From the IMG/VR virus record IMGVR_UViG_3300024348_000004: DNA of 64,000 nt; one strand, given 5' to 3'. The notes below the pieces were generated by a model, which was not told the DNA's origin, ran no database searches, and saw nothing but the letters and a program-made list of their open reading frames with translations. Positions 18,903 through 29,057 of this stretch are shown piece after piece. The first letter of the stretch is position 1; each line of letters starts with the position of its first letter. Position numbers and translations under genes: made by a program. This DNA comes from a virus.

Positions 18903-20438
18903 ATGGATATATTTGGGTTTGAAATTACTCGTAAGAAAGACGAGTTAAGAGTCAAAGAGGCACCAAACGCTAAGTCGTTTGTACCTTCTCTAGAGGATGA
19001 CGGTACCCCCGTCATTCAACAACAGAGTGGGTTCATTTCAGGCGGAGCTTATGGTGCTTATGTTGACATGGAAGGCGGCATTAAGAATGAGGCAGAACTC
19101 ATTCGAAGATATCGTGAAACATCTTTGGTGCCAGAATGTGATTCTGCAATCGAAGATATTATTAATGAGTGTATCACGTCTGATAGTTCAGATAGAATCG
19201 TGACGCTCGACCTCAGAGATGTGAAACTCTCTGATAGCATCAAGAAAAAGGTGCAAGACGAGTTTAGTCACATCTTATCTCTAATGAAGTTCAATCAGAA
19301 CTCTCATGAATTATTCAGAAAATGGTACGTAGATGGAAGAATATACTTCCATAAAGTCGTTGATAGCAAGAGACCCAAACTTGGTATCGTTGACGTAAGA
19401 AATGTTGACCCTCTTAAAATTAAGAAGGTTAGAAACATAGAAAAAGAAAAGGACAAGAAGACAGGAATAGACCAAGTCAAGAAAATTGAGGAGTTCTATG
19501 TCTTCAACGATAAGGGTTTTGATAAATCCTCATCACAAGAAGGACATGTTGTAAAGATTGCACCTGAAGCAGTGACATACACTACTTCGGGATTATTAGA
19601 TTACACTAAGAATGTTGTAATCGGTTATTTGCATAAAGCATTGAAGACTGCAAATCAGTTATCAATGATGGAGGATGCACTTGTTATATACCGTATATCA
19701 AGGGCTCCCGAGAGAAGAATATTCTACATTGACGTAGGTAACCTTCCTAAAGCAAAAGCAGAACAGTATTTGTCTGAGGTAATGAACAAGTATAAAAATA
19801 AACTTGTTTATAATGCAGACACTGGTGAAATCAAAGATGACAGAAAACATATGAGTATGTTGGAGGATTTTTGGTTACCAAGAAGAGAGGGTGGAAGAGG
19901 AACAGAAATTAGTACACTTCCTGGCGGTCAGAACCTTGCTGACATAGATGATATAGAATACTTCAAGAAGAAACTATATCAGTCACTAAACGTACCGTCA
20001 ACTAGAATGGAAGCAGATAACGGATTCAATATGGGTCGTGCTTCAGAAATTTCTAGAGATGAACTTAAGTTTAATAAGTTTACAAACAGATTGCAGAAGA
20101 AATTTGCTAGAGTGTTTGTAGATATGTTGAGAACTCAATTAGTTCTCAAAGAAATAATGACAGTGGAAGAGTTCGATAAGAACAGAGACTTTCTACAATT
20201 TGATTTTGCAACGGACAACCACTTTACAGAGTTGAAAGATGCAGAGATTATAAGAGAAAGACTTGATACACTAAGTCAGGCTTCAGAGTATGTTGGTAAG
20301 TATTACTCAGACGAATATGTCAGAAAGTATATACTAAGACAAACTGAAGAAGATATAAAGGTCATTGATGCTCAAATCAAATCCGAAGGTGGAAGTGATG
20401 ACGGCGGAGATGATGAAGATAATTTTGGAGGCTTTTAA
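18903..20438 (+). CDS. gp20: Portal protein gp20
   Basis: YRISRAPERRIFYIDVGNLPK, EDFWLPRREGGRGTEI. Confidence 0.96.
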   Translation: MDIFGFEITRKKDELRVKEAPNAKSFVPSLEDDGTPVIQQQSGFISGGAYGAYVDMEGGIKNEAELIRRYRETSLVPECDSAIEDIINECITSDSSDRIVTLDLRDVKLSDSIKKKVQDEFSHILSLMKFNQNSHELFRKWYVDGRIYFHKVVDSKRPKLGIVDVRNVDPLKIKKVRNIEKEKDKKTGIDQVKKIEEFYVFNDKGFDKSSSQEGHVVKIAPEAVTYTTSGLLDYTKNVVIGYLHKALKTANQLSMMEDALVIYRISRAPERRIFYIDVGNLPKAKAEQYLSEVMNKYKNKLVYNADTGEIKDDRKHMSMLEDFWLPRREGGRGTEISTLPGGQNLADIDDIEYFKKKLYQSLNVPSTRMEADNGFNMGRASEISRDELKFNKFTNRLQKKFARVFVDMLRTQLVLKEIMTVEEFDKNRDFLQFDFATDNHFTELKDAEIIRERLDTLSQASEYVGKYYSDEYVRKYILRQTEEDIKVIDAQIKSEGGSDDGGDDEDNFGGF

Positions 20439-20441
20439 TAA

Positions 20442-20606
20442 ATGAGCGAAATAGCGAAAACAATCGTAGACCAAATACAAGATGGTCAGTTACAGGATGC
20501 AAAGGATTCTATCAATGATGGAATCAAACAAAAAGCTGCAGAAGTTGTGGACATGAAACGTGTAGAGATGCAAGTTGATTGGATGTCACAACCACAGGAA
20601 GGTTAG
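20442..20606 (+). CDS. Small prohead core protein (gp67 position)
   Basis: 54-aa ORF MSEIAKTIVDQI...QPQEG read manually; synteny. Confidence 0.55.
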   Translation: MSEIAKTIVDQIQDGQLQDAKDSINDGIKQKAAEVVDMKRVEMQVDWMSQPQEG

Positions 20607-20607
20607 T

Positions 20608-20907
20608 ATGAAAACCTTTTCATCAATCTCTAGCGAGTTGAGGGAAGCGAAGTACACCATTCCTGCTGGATTCTTTCCTATGAGAAGGAATACATTGAGA
20701 TTTTGTGGAGAGTCAGTTGATGTGGCATTTGTTGTCAGAAAAGGACTCACACATATAGTTTTAAACGGCAACGTCTTAGAGGAGTCCTACGAAGACCTCA
20801 AGGTGGCTGAGAGAGAATTTAAACTTATCCGACATATGATGGAAGAGATGGTGAAAGAGGATATACCTTTTGGAGAAATTATAAATGAAATTAATATCAG
20901 AGTTTAA
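20608..20907 (+). CDS. Prohead core/internal protein (gp68 position)
   Basis: MKTFSSISSELRE start resembling a capsid-targeting sequence; synteny. Confidence 0.5.
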   Translation: MKTFSSISSELREAKYTIPAGFFPMRRNTLRFCGESVDVAFVVRKGLTHIVLNGNVLEESYEDLKVAEREFKLIRHMMEEMVKEDIPFGEIINEINIRV

Positions 20908-21538
20908 TGATTACAGTGTAACCCCTGTTATTATAGAACAGAACGAGAAGGGTGAGAAAGAATACTTTATTGAAGGTATTTTTATGCAATCTGAAATCAA
21001 AAACAGAAATGGTAGAGTATATCCTAAAGAGGTAATGGAAAAAGAAGTTAACCGTTACGTTAAGGAATTTGTTGAAAAGGATAGGGCATTCGGTGAGTTA
21101 GGACATCCCGAAGGGCCAACAATTAATTTAGATAAAGTGTCACACATGATTACATCTTTAGAAGAAGATGGAAATAATTACGTGGGACGTGCAAAGATTT
21201 TAAGTACACCAAACGGTCAGATAGTAAGAAGTCTTATCAGTGACGGTGCTAAGTTGGGTGTTTCATCAAGAGGTTTGGGTTCGCTCGAACAGAGGGGTGG
21301 CGCTCAATACGTAAAAGACGATTTCCAACTTGCAACGGCAGGTGATATCGTTGCAGACCCATCCGCTCCCGAAGCTTTCGTTGAAGGTATTTATGAAGGG
21401 AGAGAATGGGTAATGGAGAATGGTATATTGAAGGCGGTAGATATGGAAAGGATGCAAAATGAGTTAAAGACTGCATCCCTAAATAATCTTGAAGAAACCA
21501 AACTTAATCTATGGAAAAAGTTTGTTAAAAACCTATAA
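20885..21538 (+). CDS. gp21: Prohead protease gp21
   Basis: NRNGRVYP, GELGHP, GVSSRGLGS, DIVADPSAP. Confidence 0.95.
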   Translation: MKLISEFNDYSVTPVIIEQNEKGEKEYFIEGIFMQSEIKNRNGRVYPKEVMEKEVNRYVKEFVEKDRAFGELGHPEGPTINLDKVSHMITSLEEDGNNYVGRAKILSTPNGQIVRSLISDGAKLGVSSRGLGSLEQRGGAQYVKDDFQLATAGDIVADPSAPEAFVEGIYEGREWVMENGILKAVDMERMQNELKTASLNNLEETKLNLWKKFVKNL

Positions 21539-21540
21539 TA

Positions 21541-21548
21541 TATAAATA
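21541..21548 (+). promoter_or_regulatory. Late promoter TATAAATA
   Basis: Exact consensus upstream of gp22. Confidence 0.8.
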
Positions 21549-21576
21549 AAAAAGTAAACTCAAACAGGAGATAAAC

Positions 21577-22908
21577 ATGGCAGAGTTAGAAAATAACCTA
21601 GAAACAGTATTAGAGGCAGGTCAGCCTGACGCTAAAGCTGAGAAGGGAGATTCAAAACCAGTCAAACAAGGTTCATCTGATGCTGAGACTATTGGTCAAG
21701 GCAAAGTTGAAGTCGTTAAACCTGAAGAAAATCCTGTTGACAAAGCAGTTGACTCAGTAAAGAAGGCAGAAAATGTTAAGGCAGTCAGTGGTGACGCCCC
21801 ACAAAAGAATGCTAGTAAATCTGAAAGTCAACCTAAATTGCAAAAAGTTAAAGAAGAAGAAGAGTCAGAAGAGTCTACTCCTTCTAAAATGGAATCAATA
21901 AAAGCTATCGTCAACACTATGAAGGAAATGACAAAGGAAGAACTTCAATCAGTCTGTAGTGGATTGACAGAAGAAGAAGTTGACGAAAGTTTGACAAAAG
22001 CAGAACAAGCAAGAAAGATTGTTGATACTTTAAAAGGTATGGACGAAGAGTCGGTCGCTGAAATGTATGGCAAGATGAAGAAAGAAAAAGTAGAAGAAGA
22101 AGTCGCTGAAACAAATGTTGAAGTTGATGAAGAAGTTTCTGCTGAACTAGAGTCTTCACTCGTTGAAATTGAAATAGATGACGACCTATCCGCAATTTCA
22201 GAAGCGCTAGAACTTTCTGAAGAAAATGCTGAAAAGGCAAAGACTATCTTTAAGGCTGCTGTAACTTCAAAAGTTGCAGAAATTAAAGAATCACTTGAGT
22301 CACAGTACTCAGAAGAATTACAAACCACAGTAGAAAAAGTTAAAGGTGACCTTGCGGAATCCGTAGACAAGTATCTAACATATGTTGCAGAAGAGTGGAC
22401 GAAAGAAAATGAACTTGCAATTGAACGTGGTTTGAGGTCGGAAATGACTGAAAACTTTATTGAAGGTATGAAAACATTGTTCGTAGAACATTATGTTGAC
22501 GTTCCTGAAGATAAGTATGATGTTATTGATGAACTCGCAAATCGTCTCGATGAGATGGAACAAAAACTTGACGGTGAAGTAAATAGAAATATGGATGTCA
22601 CTGAAGAGTTGGATACACTCAAAAGAGCAAACGTGATAAGAGAGGCCTGCGAAGACCTATCCGAATCACAAAAAGAGAAACTAGTTTCACTTGCAGAAGG
22701 AGTAGACTTTAAGACTGAAGAAGATTTCGCTGAGAAAGTTTCAGAAGTTAAGAATGCATACTTCCCTGTAGATGGTGAAAAACTAGTTGAAGATACAGTT
22801 GTTGAAGAAGGTACTGGTTTTATCTCTGAGGAATCAGACGAACCAAGACTTGCACCTGAAATCGCAACATATGCTAACGCATTATCTAAACTAAAACCAT
22901 TAGGTTAA
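21577..22908 (+). CDS. gp22: Prohead scaffold gp22
   Basis: Acidic coiled coil; KAKTIFKAAV, VDKYLTYVAEEW; synteny. Confidence 0.9.
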   Translation: MAELENNLETVLEAGQPDAKAEKGDSKPVKQGSSDAETIGQGKVEVVKPEENPVDKAVDSVKKAENVKAVSGDAPQKNASKSESQPKLQKVKEEEESEESTPSKMESIKAIVNTMKEMTKEELQSVCSGLTEEEVDESLTKAEQARKIVDTLKGMDEESVAEMYGKMKKEKVEEEVAETNVEVDEEVSAELESSLVEIEIDDDLSAISEALELSEENAEKAKTIFKAAVTSKVAEIKESLESQYSEELQTTVEKVKGDLAESVDKYLTYVAEEWTKENELAIERGLRSEMTENFIEGMKTLFVEHYVDVPEDKYDVIDELANRLDEMEQKLDGEVNRNMDVTEELDTLKRANVIREACEDLSESQKEKLVSLAEGVDFKTEEDFAEKVSEVKNAYFPVDGEKLVEDTVVEEGTGFISEESDEPRLAPEIATYANALSKLKPLG

Positions 22909-22925
22909 TTTAAAGGAAAATAAAA

Positions 22926-24230
22926 ATGTTTCAATCAGAAAACTTACAAGAAAAGTGGGCGCCAATTCTAGAGCACAGCGATTTACCAAAAATCGATGAC
23001 AACTACAAGAAAGCGGTTACTGCAGTAATTCTTGAAAACCAAGAAAGGGCTCTTAAAGAAGATAGAGCAACTCTTGAAGAAGCTGCACCTTTAAATGCTA
23101 CTGGGGCACCTATTTCTAACTGGGATCCGATTTTGATTTCATTAGTAAGACGTGCTATGCCAAATCTCGTTGCTTACGACATTTGTGGCGTTCAACCAAT
23201 GACTGGCCCAACTGGATTGATTTTTGCTATGAAAGCAAGATATCATGACGATGTGGACGCTGTTAGAACTGCAGAATCAGAGGCGCTTCATAACGAAGCA
23301 AGAACTGGTTACTCAGGAACAAATCAAACAGACTCTACTTCAGTTGGAACAGACCATTCAGGCGACCCTTTCAACAGTTCTTATGCCTCACAAACTACAG
23401 GCGGAATGAATACAGCTAGTGCAGAAGCACTAGGTGACGCTTCCAACAATCAGTTTGCTGAAATGTCATTTACTATTGAGAAGGCTACTGTAACTGCCAA
23501 ATCCAGAGCATTAAAAGCTGAATATACACTAGAACTTGCACAAGACCTTAAAGCAATTCATGGTCTTGACGCTGAGTCAGAACTCGCTAACATTCTATCA
23601 TCTGAAATCCTTGCTGAAATCAACAGGGAAGTAATCAGAAGCGTAAACAACCAAGCAAAAACTGGTGCTCAAGGCACTGCTTCTGCTGGTACTTTCAACT
23701 TAGATGTTGACGCTAACGGTAGATGGTCAGTTGAGAAGTTCAAAGGTCTATTGTTCCAAATCGAAAGAGAATCAAACTTCATCGCTAAAGATACAAGAAG
23801 AGGAAAAGGTAACTTTATCCTTTGTTCATCTGATGTTGCTTCTGCTCTTTCAATGGCAGGTGTATTAGATTACACTCCTGCTTTATCAACAAACTTGTCT
23901 GTAGACGATACTGGTAATACTTTTGCTGGTGTTCTAAACGGAAGAGTTAAAGTCTATATCGACCCTTATGCAAGTGCCGATTACATGACTGTTGGTTACA
24001 GAGGTTCAAATCCTTATGACGCTGGTATGTTCTATTGCCCATACGTTCCATTACAAATGGTACGTGCTGTTGGTGAGAACACATTCCAACCAAAAATCGG
24101 ATTTAAGACAAGATACGGTATGGTTTCAAACCCATTCGTTGACACAGGTAACGTTCAAGACCGTGACGGTCTTGCTAGTGCTGGTCTTAACCAATACTAC
24201 AGAAAAATGGCTGTTTCTAACATCCTATAA
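22926..24230 (+). CDS. gp23: Major capsid protein gp23
   Basis: GVQPMTGPTGLIFAM, ELAQDLKAIHGLDAE, FQPKIGFKTRYG. Confidence 0.97.
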   Translation: MFQSENLQEKWAPILEHSDLPKIDDNYKKAVTAVILENQERALKEDRATLEEAAPLNATGAPISNWDPILISLVRRAMPNLVAYDICGVQPMTGPTGLIFAMKARYHDDVDAVRTAESEALHNEARTGYSGTNQTDSTSVGTDHSGDPFNSSYASQTTGGMNTASAEALGDASNNQFAEMSFTIEKATVTAKSRALKAEYTLELAQDLKAIHGLDAESELANILSSEILAEINREVIRSVNNQAKTGAQGTASAGTFNLDVDANGRWSVEKFKGLLFQIERESNFIAKDTRRGKGNFILCSSDVASALSMAGVLDYTPALSTNLSVDDTGNTFAGVLNGRVKVYIDPYASADYMTVGYRGSNPYDAGMFYCPYVPLQMVRAVGENTFQPKIGFKTRYGMVSNPFVDTGNVQDRDGLASAGLNQYYRKMAVSNIL

Positions 24231-24250
24231 ATCTGAAGTAATTGATTTTA

Positions 24251-24278
24251 AAAGGTCTCTTCGGAGACCTTTTTTTTT
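24251..24278 (+). terminator. Intrinsic terminator with cUUCGg tetraloop
   Basis: AGGTCTC-TTCG-GAGACCT followed by a T run, after gp23. Confidence 0.9.
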
Positions 24279-24292
24279 ACCTAAATATAAGT

Positions 24293-24520
24293 ATGGAAAA
24301 TAAATATTATAAAGATGTGAAGGTTTTGGAAGGCCCATGGGCAAAAGGAATCTTTGAAGACGGTGTTGAAAAAACACATCAAATACTCGCTAGACGAGTC
24401 GTGACGACATTCATATCAGATGGATATCTGTGTGAAGAAGAAAAGACTAGAACCTACAGAGATAATGGTGACTACCATGATACTACTGTTAACAAGAGGG
24501 TGATGAAGATAGATGATTGA
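24293..24520 (+). CDS. Hypothetical protein
   Basis: MENKYY...; CTAAATA upstream. Confidence 0.6.
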   Translation: MENKYYKDVKVLEGPWAKGIFEDGVEKTHQILARRVVTTFISDGYLCEEEKTRTYRDNGDYHDTTVNKRVMKIDD

Positions 24521-25049
24521 TATTAACAAATCAATATTAAACAAAAATAATTTTCGATTACTAATAGAGAAAGTTCCCACTGTTGAATACTATGTTCAGA
24601 GTGTTAGCATTCCTAGTTTATCGTTTGTTGAAGTAAGTGTACCAACAAGGATTGGTGTTAATGCTTTCTTCCCAGGCGATAAGGTTGAGTTTGGTAATCT
24701 AAGTGTATCATTTATTGTGGACGAAGATGTGTCTAACTATAAAGAGATATATGATTGGATGGATAGTATCATTCCTATATCAGACACAACAGACTTCAGT
24801 ACACTAACTGGTACTGAGAGAACTAATCTAGGTCAATTGGCAGATATCAATGATGACCTTCAACAATACTCACAGATTACACTAGTCACTAACACTAACA
24901 AAAACATCCCTAACAGATTTTTTAAATTCTATGATGCATTCCCTATATCGTTGAGCGGTATAGACTTACAAAGTGGTTCAGATGCTGAACCTGCTATATG
25001 TACAGTAGAGTTTAGGTTTACACATTTCGATATAGAAACCACTAGTTAA
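24513..25049 (+). CDS. gp3: Tail completion protein gp3
   Basis: NNFRLLIEKVPTVEYYVQ, FIVDEDVSNY, FYDAFPISLSG. Confidence 0.85.
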   Translation: MIDINKSILNKNNFRLLIEKVPTVEYYVQSVSIPSLSFVEVSVPTRIGVNAFFPGDKVEFGNLSVSFIVDEDVSNYKEIYDWMDSIIPISDTTDFSTLTGTERTNLGQLADINDDLQQYSQITLVTNTNKNIPNRFFKFYDAFPISLSGIDLQSGSDAEPAICTVEFRFTHFDIETTS

Positions 25050-25080
25050 TATCACCTTTTCGTGATATAATATATACATT

Positions 25081-25524
25081 ATGACTTTAGATGAATTAAA
25101 GGCCCAATGGGCATTAGATTGTGAAATTGATGATATTGAATTGGACAATGCATCTCTCGAAGTTCCAAAACTTCATGCTAAGTACCAAGACCAACTCACT
25201 AATAAATTACTAACACTCAAAAATTGGGAGTTCAAATATGATGAACTTCTCAAAGATAAGTGGTTGTGGTATAATGGTAAGATGGATTCAGATAGAATCA
25301 AAGAACTGGGATGGGCAGATGACCCATTCGATGGTCTTAAGATTATGAAAAGTGACATGCAATTCTTTTACAATTCAGACTCAGACCTCAGAGAAATTAA
25401 AGCTAAAATTGAATACTTAAAAATAACCATCAACTTCCTAAAAGATTGTATGCAAAATATCACTTGGAGACACCAAACGATTAAGAATACAATTGATTGG
25501 AGAAAATTTATGGCAGGTCAATAA
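25081..25524 (+). CDS. uvsY: Recombination mediator UvsY
   Basis: PKLHAKY, WLWYNGK, IKNTIDWRKF. Confidence 0.9.
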   Translation: MTLDELKAQWALDCEIDDIELDNASLEVPKLHAKYQDQLTNKLLTLKNWEFKYDELLKDKWLWYNGKMDSDRIKELGWADDPFDGLKIMKSDMQFFYNSDSDLREIKAKIEYLKITINFLKDCMQNITWRHQTIKNTIDWRKFMAGQ

Positions 25525-25525
25525 G

Positions 25526-26194
25526 ATGATATTACGAAACAATATGTGCATTATCGAAAATGCATTTACAGACGATGAAGTCGAACAGATAAAACGAGTT
25601 GCAAAAGGTCAAGAAGAAGTTACAGCAATGATTGGAGACCCTGGCTCTGGTGGTGCAGATGATGCTCAAGTACGTTCGGGGAAAGTTAAATGGTTTGTGA
25701 ATCAAAATATGCAGAACTCAATTCCCGATGTGTATGATAAATTATTTAAACTTATAGAAGAAGCGAATGCAAGTTCTGAATGGAATCATAACATTGAATT
25801 TGTCGAGAATCTTCAATACACCATATACAATGCTCCCGCTAAGACCAAAAAGAAGAAAGGAGACTTTTACACTTGGCACACTGATAGCGGGCCAGAACCT
25901 TTACCAAATGGTAAGATACGTAAATTAAGTTTATCAGTTCAATTGTCAGACCCCGAAGAATATGAAGGTGGTAATTTCCAATGGTTAGAACCTACTGAAC
26001 TATTAAACGGTATGGGGAAAGGTCTTGGGATGAGGTTGGATATGAATCATGCTGTTCGAACAGTACCATTCAGTGGTAAAGCAAAAGGGACATGTATCAT
26101 ATTCCCATCCTTTACATATCACCAAGTAACACCAGTAACACATGGAACACGTGAAGCTCTAGTGGGATGGTTTGCTGGCGACACATATGTCTAA
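25526..26194 (+). CDS. 2OG-Fe(II) oxygenase (PKHD-type)
   Basis: WHTD, RKLSLSVQLSDPEEYEGG, FPSFTYHQVTPVT.GTR. Confidence 0.85.
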   Translation: MILRNNMCIIENAFTDDEVEQIKRVAKGQEEVTAMIGDPGSGGADDAQVRSGKVKWFVNQNMQNSIPDVYDKLFKLIEEANASSEWNHNIEFVENLQYTIYNAPAKTKKKKGDFYTWHTDSGPEPLPNGKIRKLSLSVQLSDPEEYEGGNFQWLEPTELLNGMGKGLGMRLDMNHAVRTVPFSGKAKGTCIIFPSFTYHQVTPVTHGTREALVGWFAGDTYV

Positions 26195-27644
26195 CATTGT
26201 AAGAGTAGAGAAATGTGATGAAGTATTTCTAAGAGTCCATTGTGATAAAGGACTTTCTAGAGACTTGTTTGAATTTTTCTCATTTACTGTACCCAATGCC
26301 AAATTTATGCCGTCATATAAGAATCGTATGTGGGACGGTAAGGTACGACTCTTCTCAATCAAAACAAACAAAATTTATATAGGATTACTTCCATACATCG
26401 ATGAGTTCTGTAGAGAACGAGGATTTGAGTTTGAAGGTGTCCAAGATGTTATAGGTGGGAAAACTAGAATAACAGATGAAGATGTGGACTTCTTTATCAA
26501 TGGAGACGATTTAATTCCAGGCTTGGGACTTCCGTTTGCACCAAGAGATTATCAAATAGATGCATTTAAATCTACAGTACAGTATGGTAGACAATTATTA
26601 TTATCCCCTACTGCTAGTGGTAAGTCATTAATCATTTATATGTTATGCAGATGGTTTGAAGGAGAGGTGTCTCTACCCAATTGTAAGACTGTAATAATAG
26701 TTCCTACTACTTCTTTGGTTGAACAGATGACTAAAGATTTTCAAGAGTATGGATACAAAGAACCTATTTGTAAGATATACAGTGGACAAGAAGTATTTGA
26801 TTCCTCTATAACAGTTACAACATGGCAGTCCTTTGCAAAAGCACCTAAAGAAGTATTACAATCATTTGATGTTGTGGTGGGGGATGAAGCACATTTATTT
26901 AAAGCACAAACACTCAAAGGTATCTTAGAGAAAATGAAAACTACTGCAATTCGTATCGGAACTACTGGTACACTTGATGGTAGTGAAGTTCATAGACTAC
27001 AACTAGAAGGTTTGTTTGGGCCTGTCAAAAAGGTCATAACCACAAAAGATTTAATGGACGAAGGGACGATTGCAAATTTAAGTATAGAATGTGTCATACT
27101 TCGTCATACTAAACAGAAGAAAATGTCATACCAAGATGAGATGGATTATCTCGTAGGAAATGATAGTAGGAACGAATTTATATGCAATCTTGTCTATTCC
27201 CTTAAGGGAAACACCCTAGTACTGTTTCAATACGTAGAGAAACATGGGGTTGTCTTACACAATAAAATGATGAAACGCTTAGATGGTAAATTACATTATG
27301 TCTATGGCGGAACCGATACCAAGGATAGGGAGAACGTAAGAGAAATCGTTGAGAAAGCAAATGATAACGTCATACTGGCGTCATACGGTACCTTCTCAAC
27401 TGGTGTCAATATTAAGAAGATTGATAATGTAGTCTTCGCATCTCCTTCCAAATCACGAATAAGAAACTTACAATCTATTGGTAGGGGTCTTAGAAAGGCT
27501 GATGGTAAAACTGAAATGCGATTGTTTGATATATCGGATGATTTACAATGTGAAAATCATACTCTCAATCACCTTAAGGAACGTATAAATATATACAACG
27601 AAGAGGGATTTGTATATCAAATGAGACAATTTAACATTACATGA
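26187..27644 (+). CDS. uvsW: DNA helicase UvsW
   Basis: SPTASGKS, DEAH, QSIGRGLR. Confidence 0.95.
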   Translation: MSNIVRVEKCDEVFLRVHCDKGLSRDLFEFFSFTVPNAKFMPSYKNRMWDGKVRLFSIKTNKIYIGLLPYIDEFCRERGFEFEGVQDVIGGKTRITDEDVDFFINGDDLIPGLGLPFAPRDYQIDAFKSTVQYGRQLLLSPTASGKSLIIYMLCRWFEGEVSLPNCKTVIIVPTTSLVEQMTKDFQEYGYKEPICKIYSGQEVFDSSITVTTWQSFAKAPKEVLQSFDVVVGDEAHLFKAQTLKGILEKMKTTAIRIGTTGTLDGSEVHRLQLEGLFGPVKKVITTKDLMDEGTIANLSIECVILRHTKQKKMSYQDEMDYLVGNDSRNEFICNLVYSLKGNTLVLFQYVEKHGVVLHNKMMKRLDGKLHYVYGGTDTKDRENVREIVEKANDNVILASYGTFSTGVNIKKIDNVVFASPSKSRIRNLQSIGRGLRKADGKTEMRLFDISDDLQCENHTLNHLKERINIYNEEGFVYQMRQFNIT

Positions 27645-28102
27645 AGGCAAAAGATTTGCACACACCACAACAATATGAAGTAGTTAAACTTAAAATTGGT
27701 ACTGAACTAGTTGCAATGACTAGAGACCGTGCTGATAAATTGGAGTTAACACTACCTATGTGTTACACTCTCACTCCAGCAGGAGACGGAACAAGTAACA
27801 CCACGTTCTATCCCTTTGCACCAACCAGTAAAAACACTAACATAGTTATCGATAAAGAAGATATCATGTACAGGGCAGAAGTTAGTGAACAATTCATTCC
27901 CATTTATGATAAAGCTTCATCGTCTTGGGCAACGATGTTAGAAGCACAATCTATTCCCATTTCTACAGGACAAGTTATTAAGTCCCCATCACTTCAGAGA
28001 ATGCACGAACTACTCGAAGACTACATGGGTGATGGTGAACTTGATGAAGAATGGGACGATGATGTACTTGATTTTAGTGAAACCCCCAAGACAATTCATT
28101 GA
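27641..28102 (+). CDS. Hypothetical protein (conserved position between uvsW and gp55)
   Basis: VVKLKIGTELV N-terminal motif. Confidence 0.65.
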   Translation: MKAKDLHTPQQYEVVKLKIGTELVAMTRDRADKLELTLPMCYTLTPAGDGTSNTTFYPFAPTSKNTNIVIDKEDIMYRAEVSEQFIPIYDKASSSWATMLEAQSIPISTGQVIKSPSLQRMHELLEDYMGDGELDEEWDDDVLDFSETPKTIH

Positions 28103-28190
28103 GCAAAAAATAATACTAAATAGTCTGCGTATAAATCAGAGTTATATTTGATTATACAATATTTTAATATACAACAATTAGGAAAATACC

Positions 28191-28358
28191 ATGACAACAG
28201 CAACATTGATTGCAAAGAGCATGGTGCGAAAAGCTAGAGAAGTCAAAGAGGACAAACGTGTTTGTGCAATCTGTGACACTATCGAATTTCTAGCATTCAT
28301 GACTCTACCCTTTATAGTACCATTTATGATAATGTATTTTACATTATTGAATTTCTAA
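28191..28358 (+). CDS. Small single-TM protein 1 (CxxC before TM)
   Basis: MTTATLIAKSMVRKAREVKEDKRVCAICDTIEFLAFMTLPFIVPFMIMYFTLLNF; AGGA RBS. Confidence 0.65.
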   Translation: MTTATLIAKSMVRKAREVKEDKRVCAICDTIEFLAFMTLPFIVPFMIMYFTLLNF

Positions 28359-28480
28359 TGCGAGTACTTATACTTCTTACCGTTTTAGGTTCATGGGCAA
28401 TTCTATATGACCGAGACCCAGGCTCGTTGCGGTCTTTAAGAAATGCCACAGAGTTTAATAACATGTTCCCAAACACATGA
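28358..28480 (+). CDS. Small hydrophobic protein 2
   Basis: MRVLILLTVLGSWAILYDRDP...; TAATG coupling. Confidence 0.5.
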   Translation: MRVLILLTVLGSWAILYDRDPGSLRSLRNATEFNNMFPNT

Positions 28481-28569
28481 AGAAGTCATCCAACCTCAAA
28501 GACCTCATGGAGATAGGCACGTTAGTATCTATCTTCATGATAACAATTCTATCTTTGATGGAGGTGTAA
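28477..28569 (+). CDS. Small hydrophobic protein 3
   Basis: MKKSSNLKDLMEIGTLVSIFMITILSLMEV; ATGA coupling. Confidence 0.5.
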   Translation: MKKSSNLKDLMEIGTLVSIFMITILSLMEV

Positions 28570-28570
28570 T

Positions 28571-28771
28571 ATGTACGTCCCTTGGTTTACCACACCCGAG
28601 ACTGAAAAGAAAGTACTTCAGATAGTCAACCTCTCACCCAACGAATCAGTTATAGAAAAACTAACAGATGTACATCCCATGAAACAAATCTTTTGGGCAA
28701 GTATAGTACAGGTTTGTGTATTCGGTTTTATGATGCTTTCGTTCGCCATCATCAATATATTCGTCCAATGA
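28571..28771 (+). CDS. Small single-TM protein 4
   Basis: GGAGG RBS; C-terminal TM. Confidence 0.6.
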   Translation: MYVPWFTTPETEKKVLQIVNLSPNESVIEKLTDVHPMKQIFWASIVQVCVFGFMMLSFAIINIFVQ

Positions 28772-28917
28772 ACACACTATATAATATAGTAAAACGTAAA
28801 TTTACAATGTCTTATGAACCGTCTTATATGGAGATATTATTTCACTTCATAGTAACGATGTTTTTGGGAATGATTCCGCTACTTGTATTATTTCTAATCG
28901 TTAATCTCTTTATATAA
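28768..28917 (+). CDS. Small single-TM protein 5
   Basis: MNTLYNIVKRKF...ILFHFIVTMFLGMIPLLVLFLIVNLFI; ATGA coupling. Confidence 0.5.
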   Translation: MNTLYNIVKRKFTMSYEPSYMEILFHFIVTMFLGMIPLLVLFLIVNLFI

Positions 28918-29057
28918 GCTTCCCTGTGGGGACATAAGCTACTTTATCACAGATTTTCTAATCCACAAGTGGCTTTTTAAAAAAACTTATCTTTTTTATT
29001 ATCAAATAATTTCAAAAAGCCACTAGGAATCCTATAACTAAGGAGTATAATGTATAC

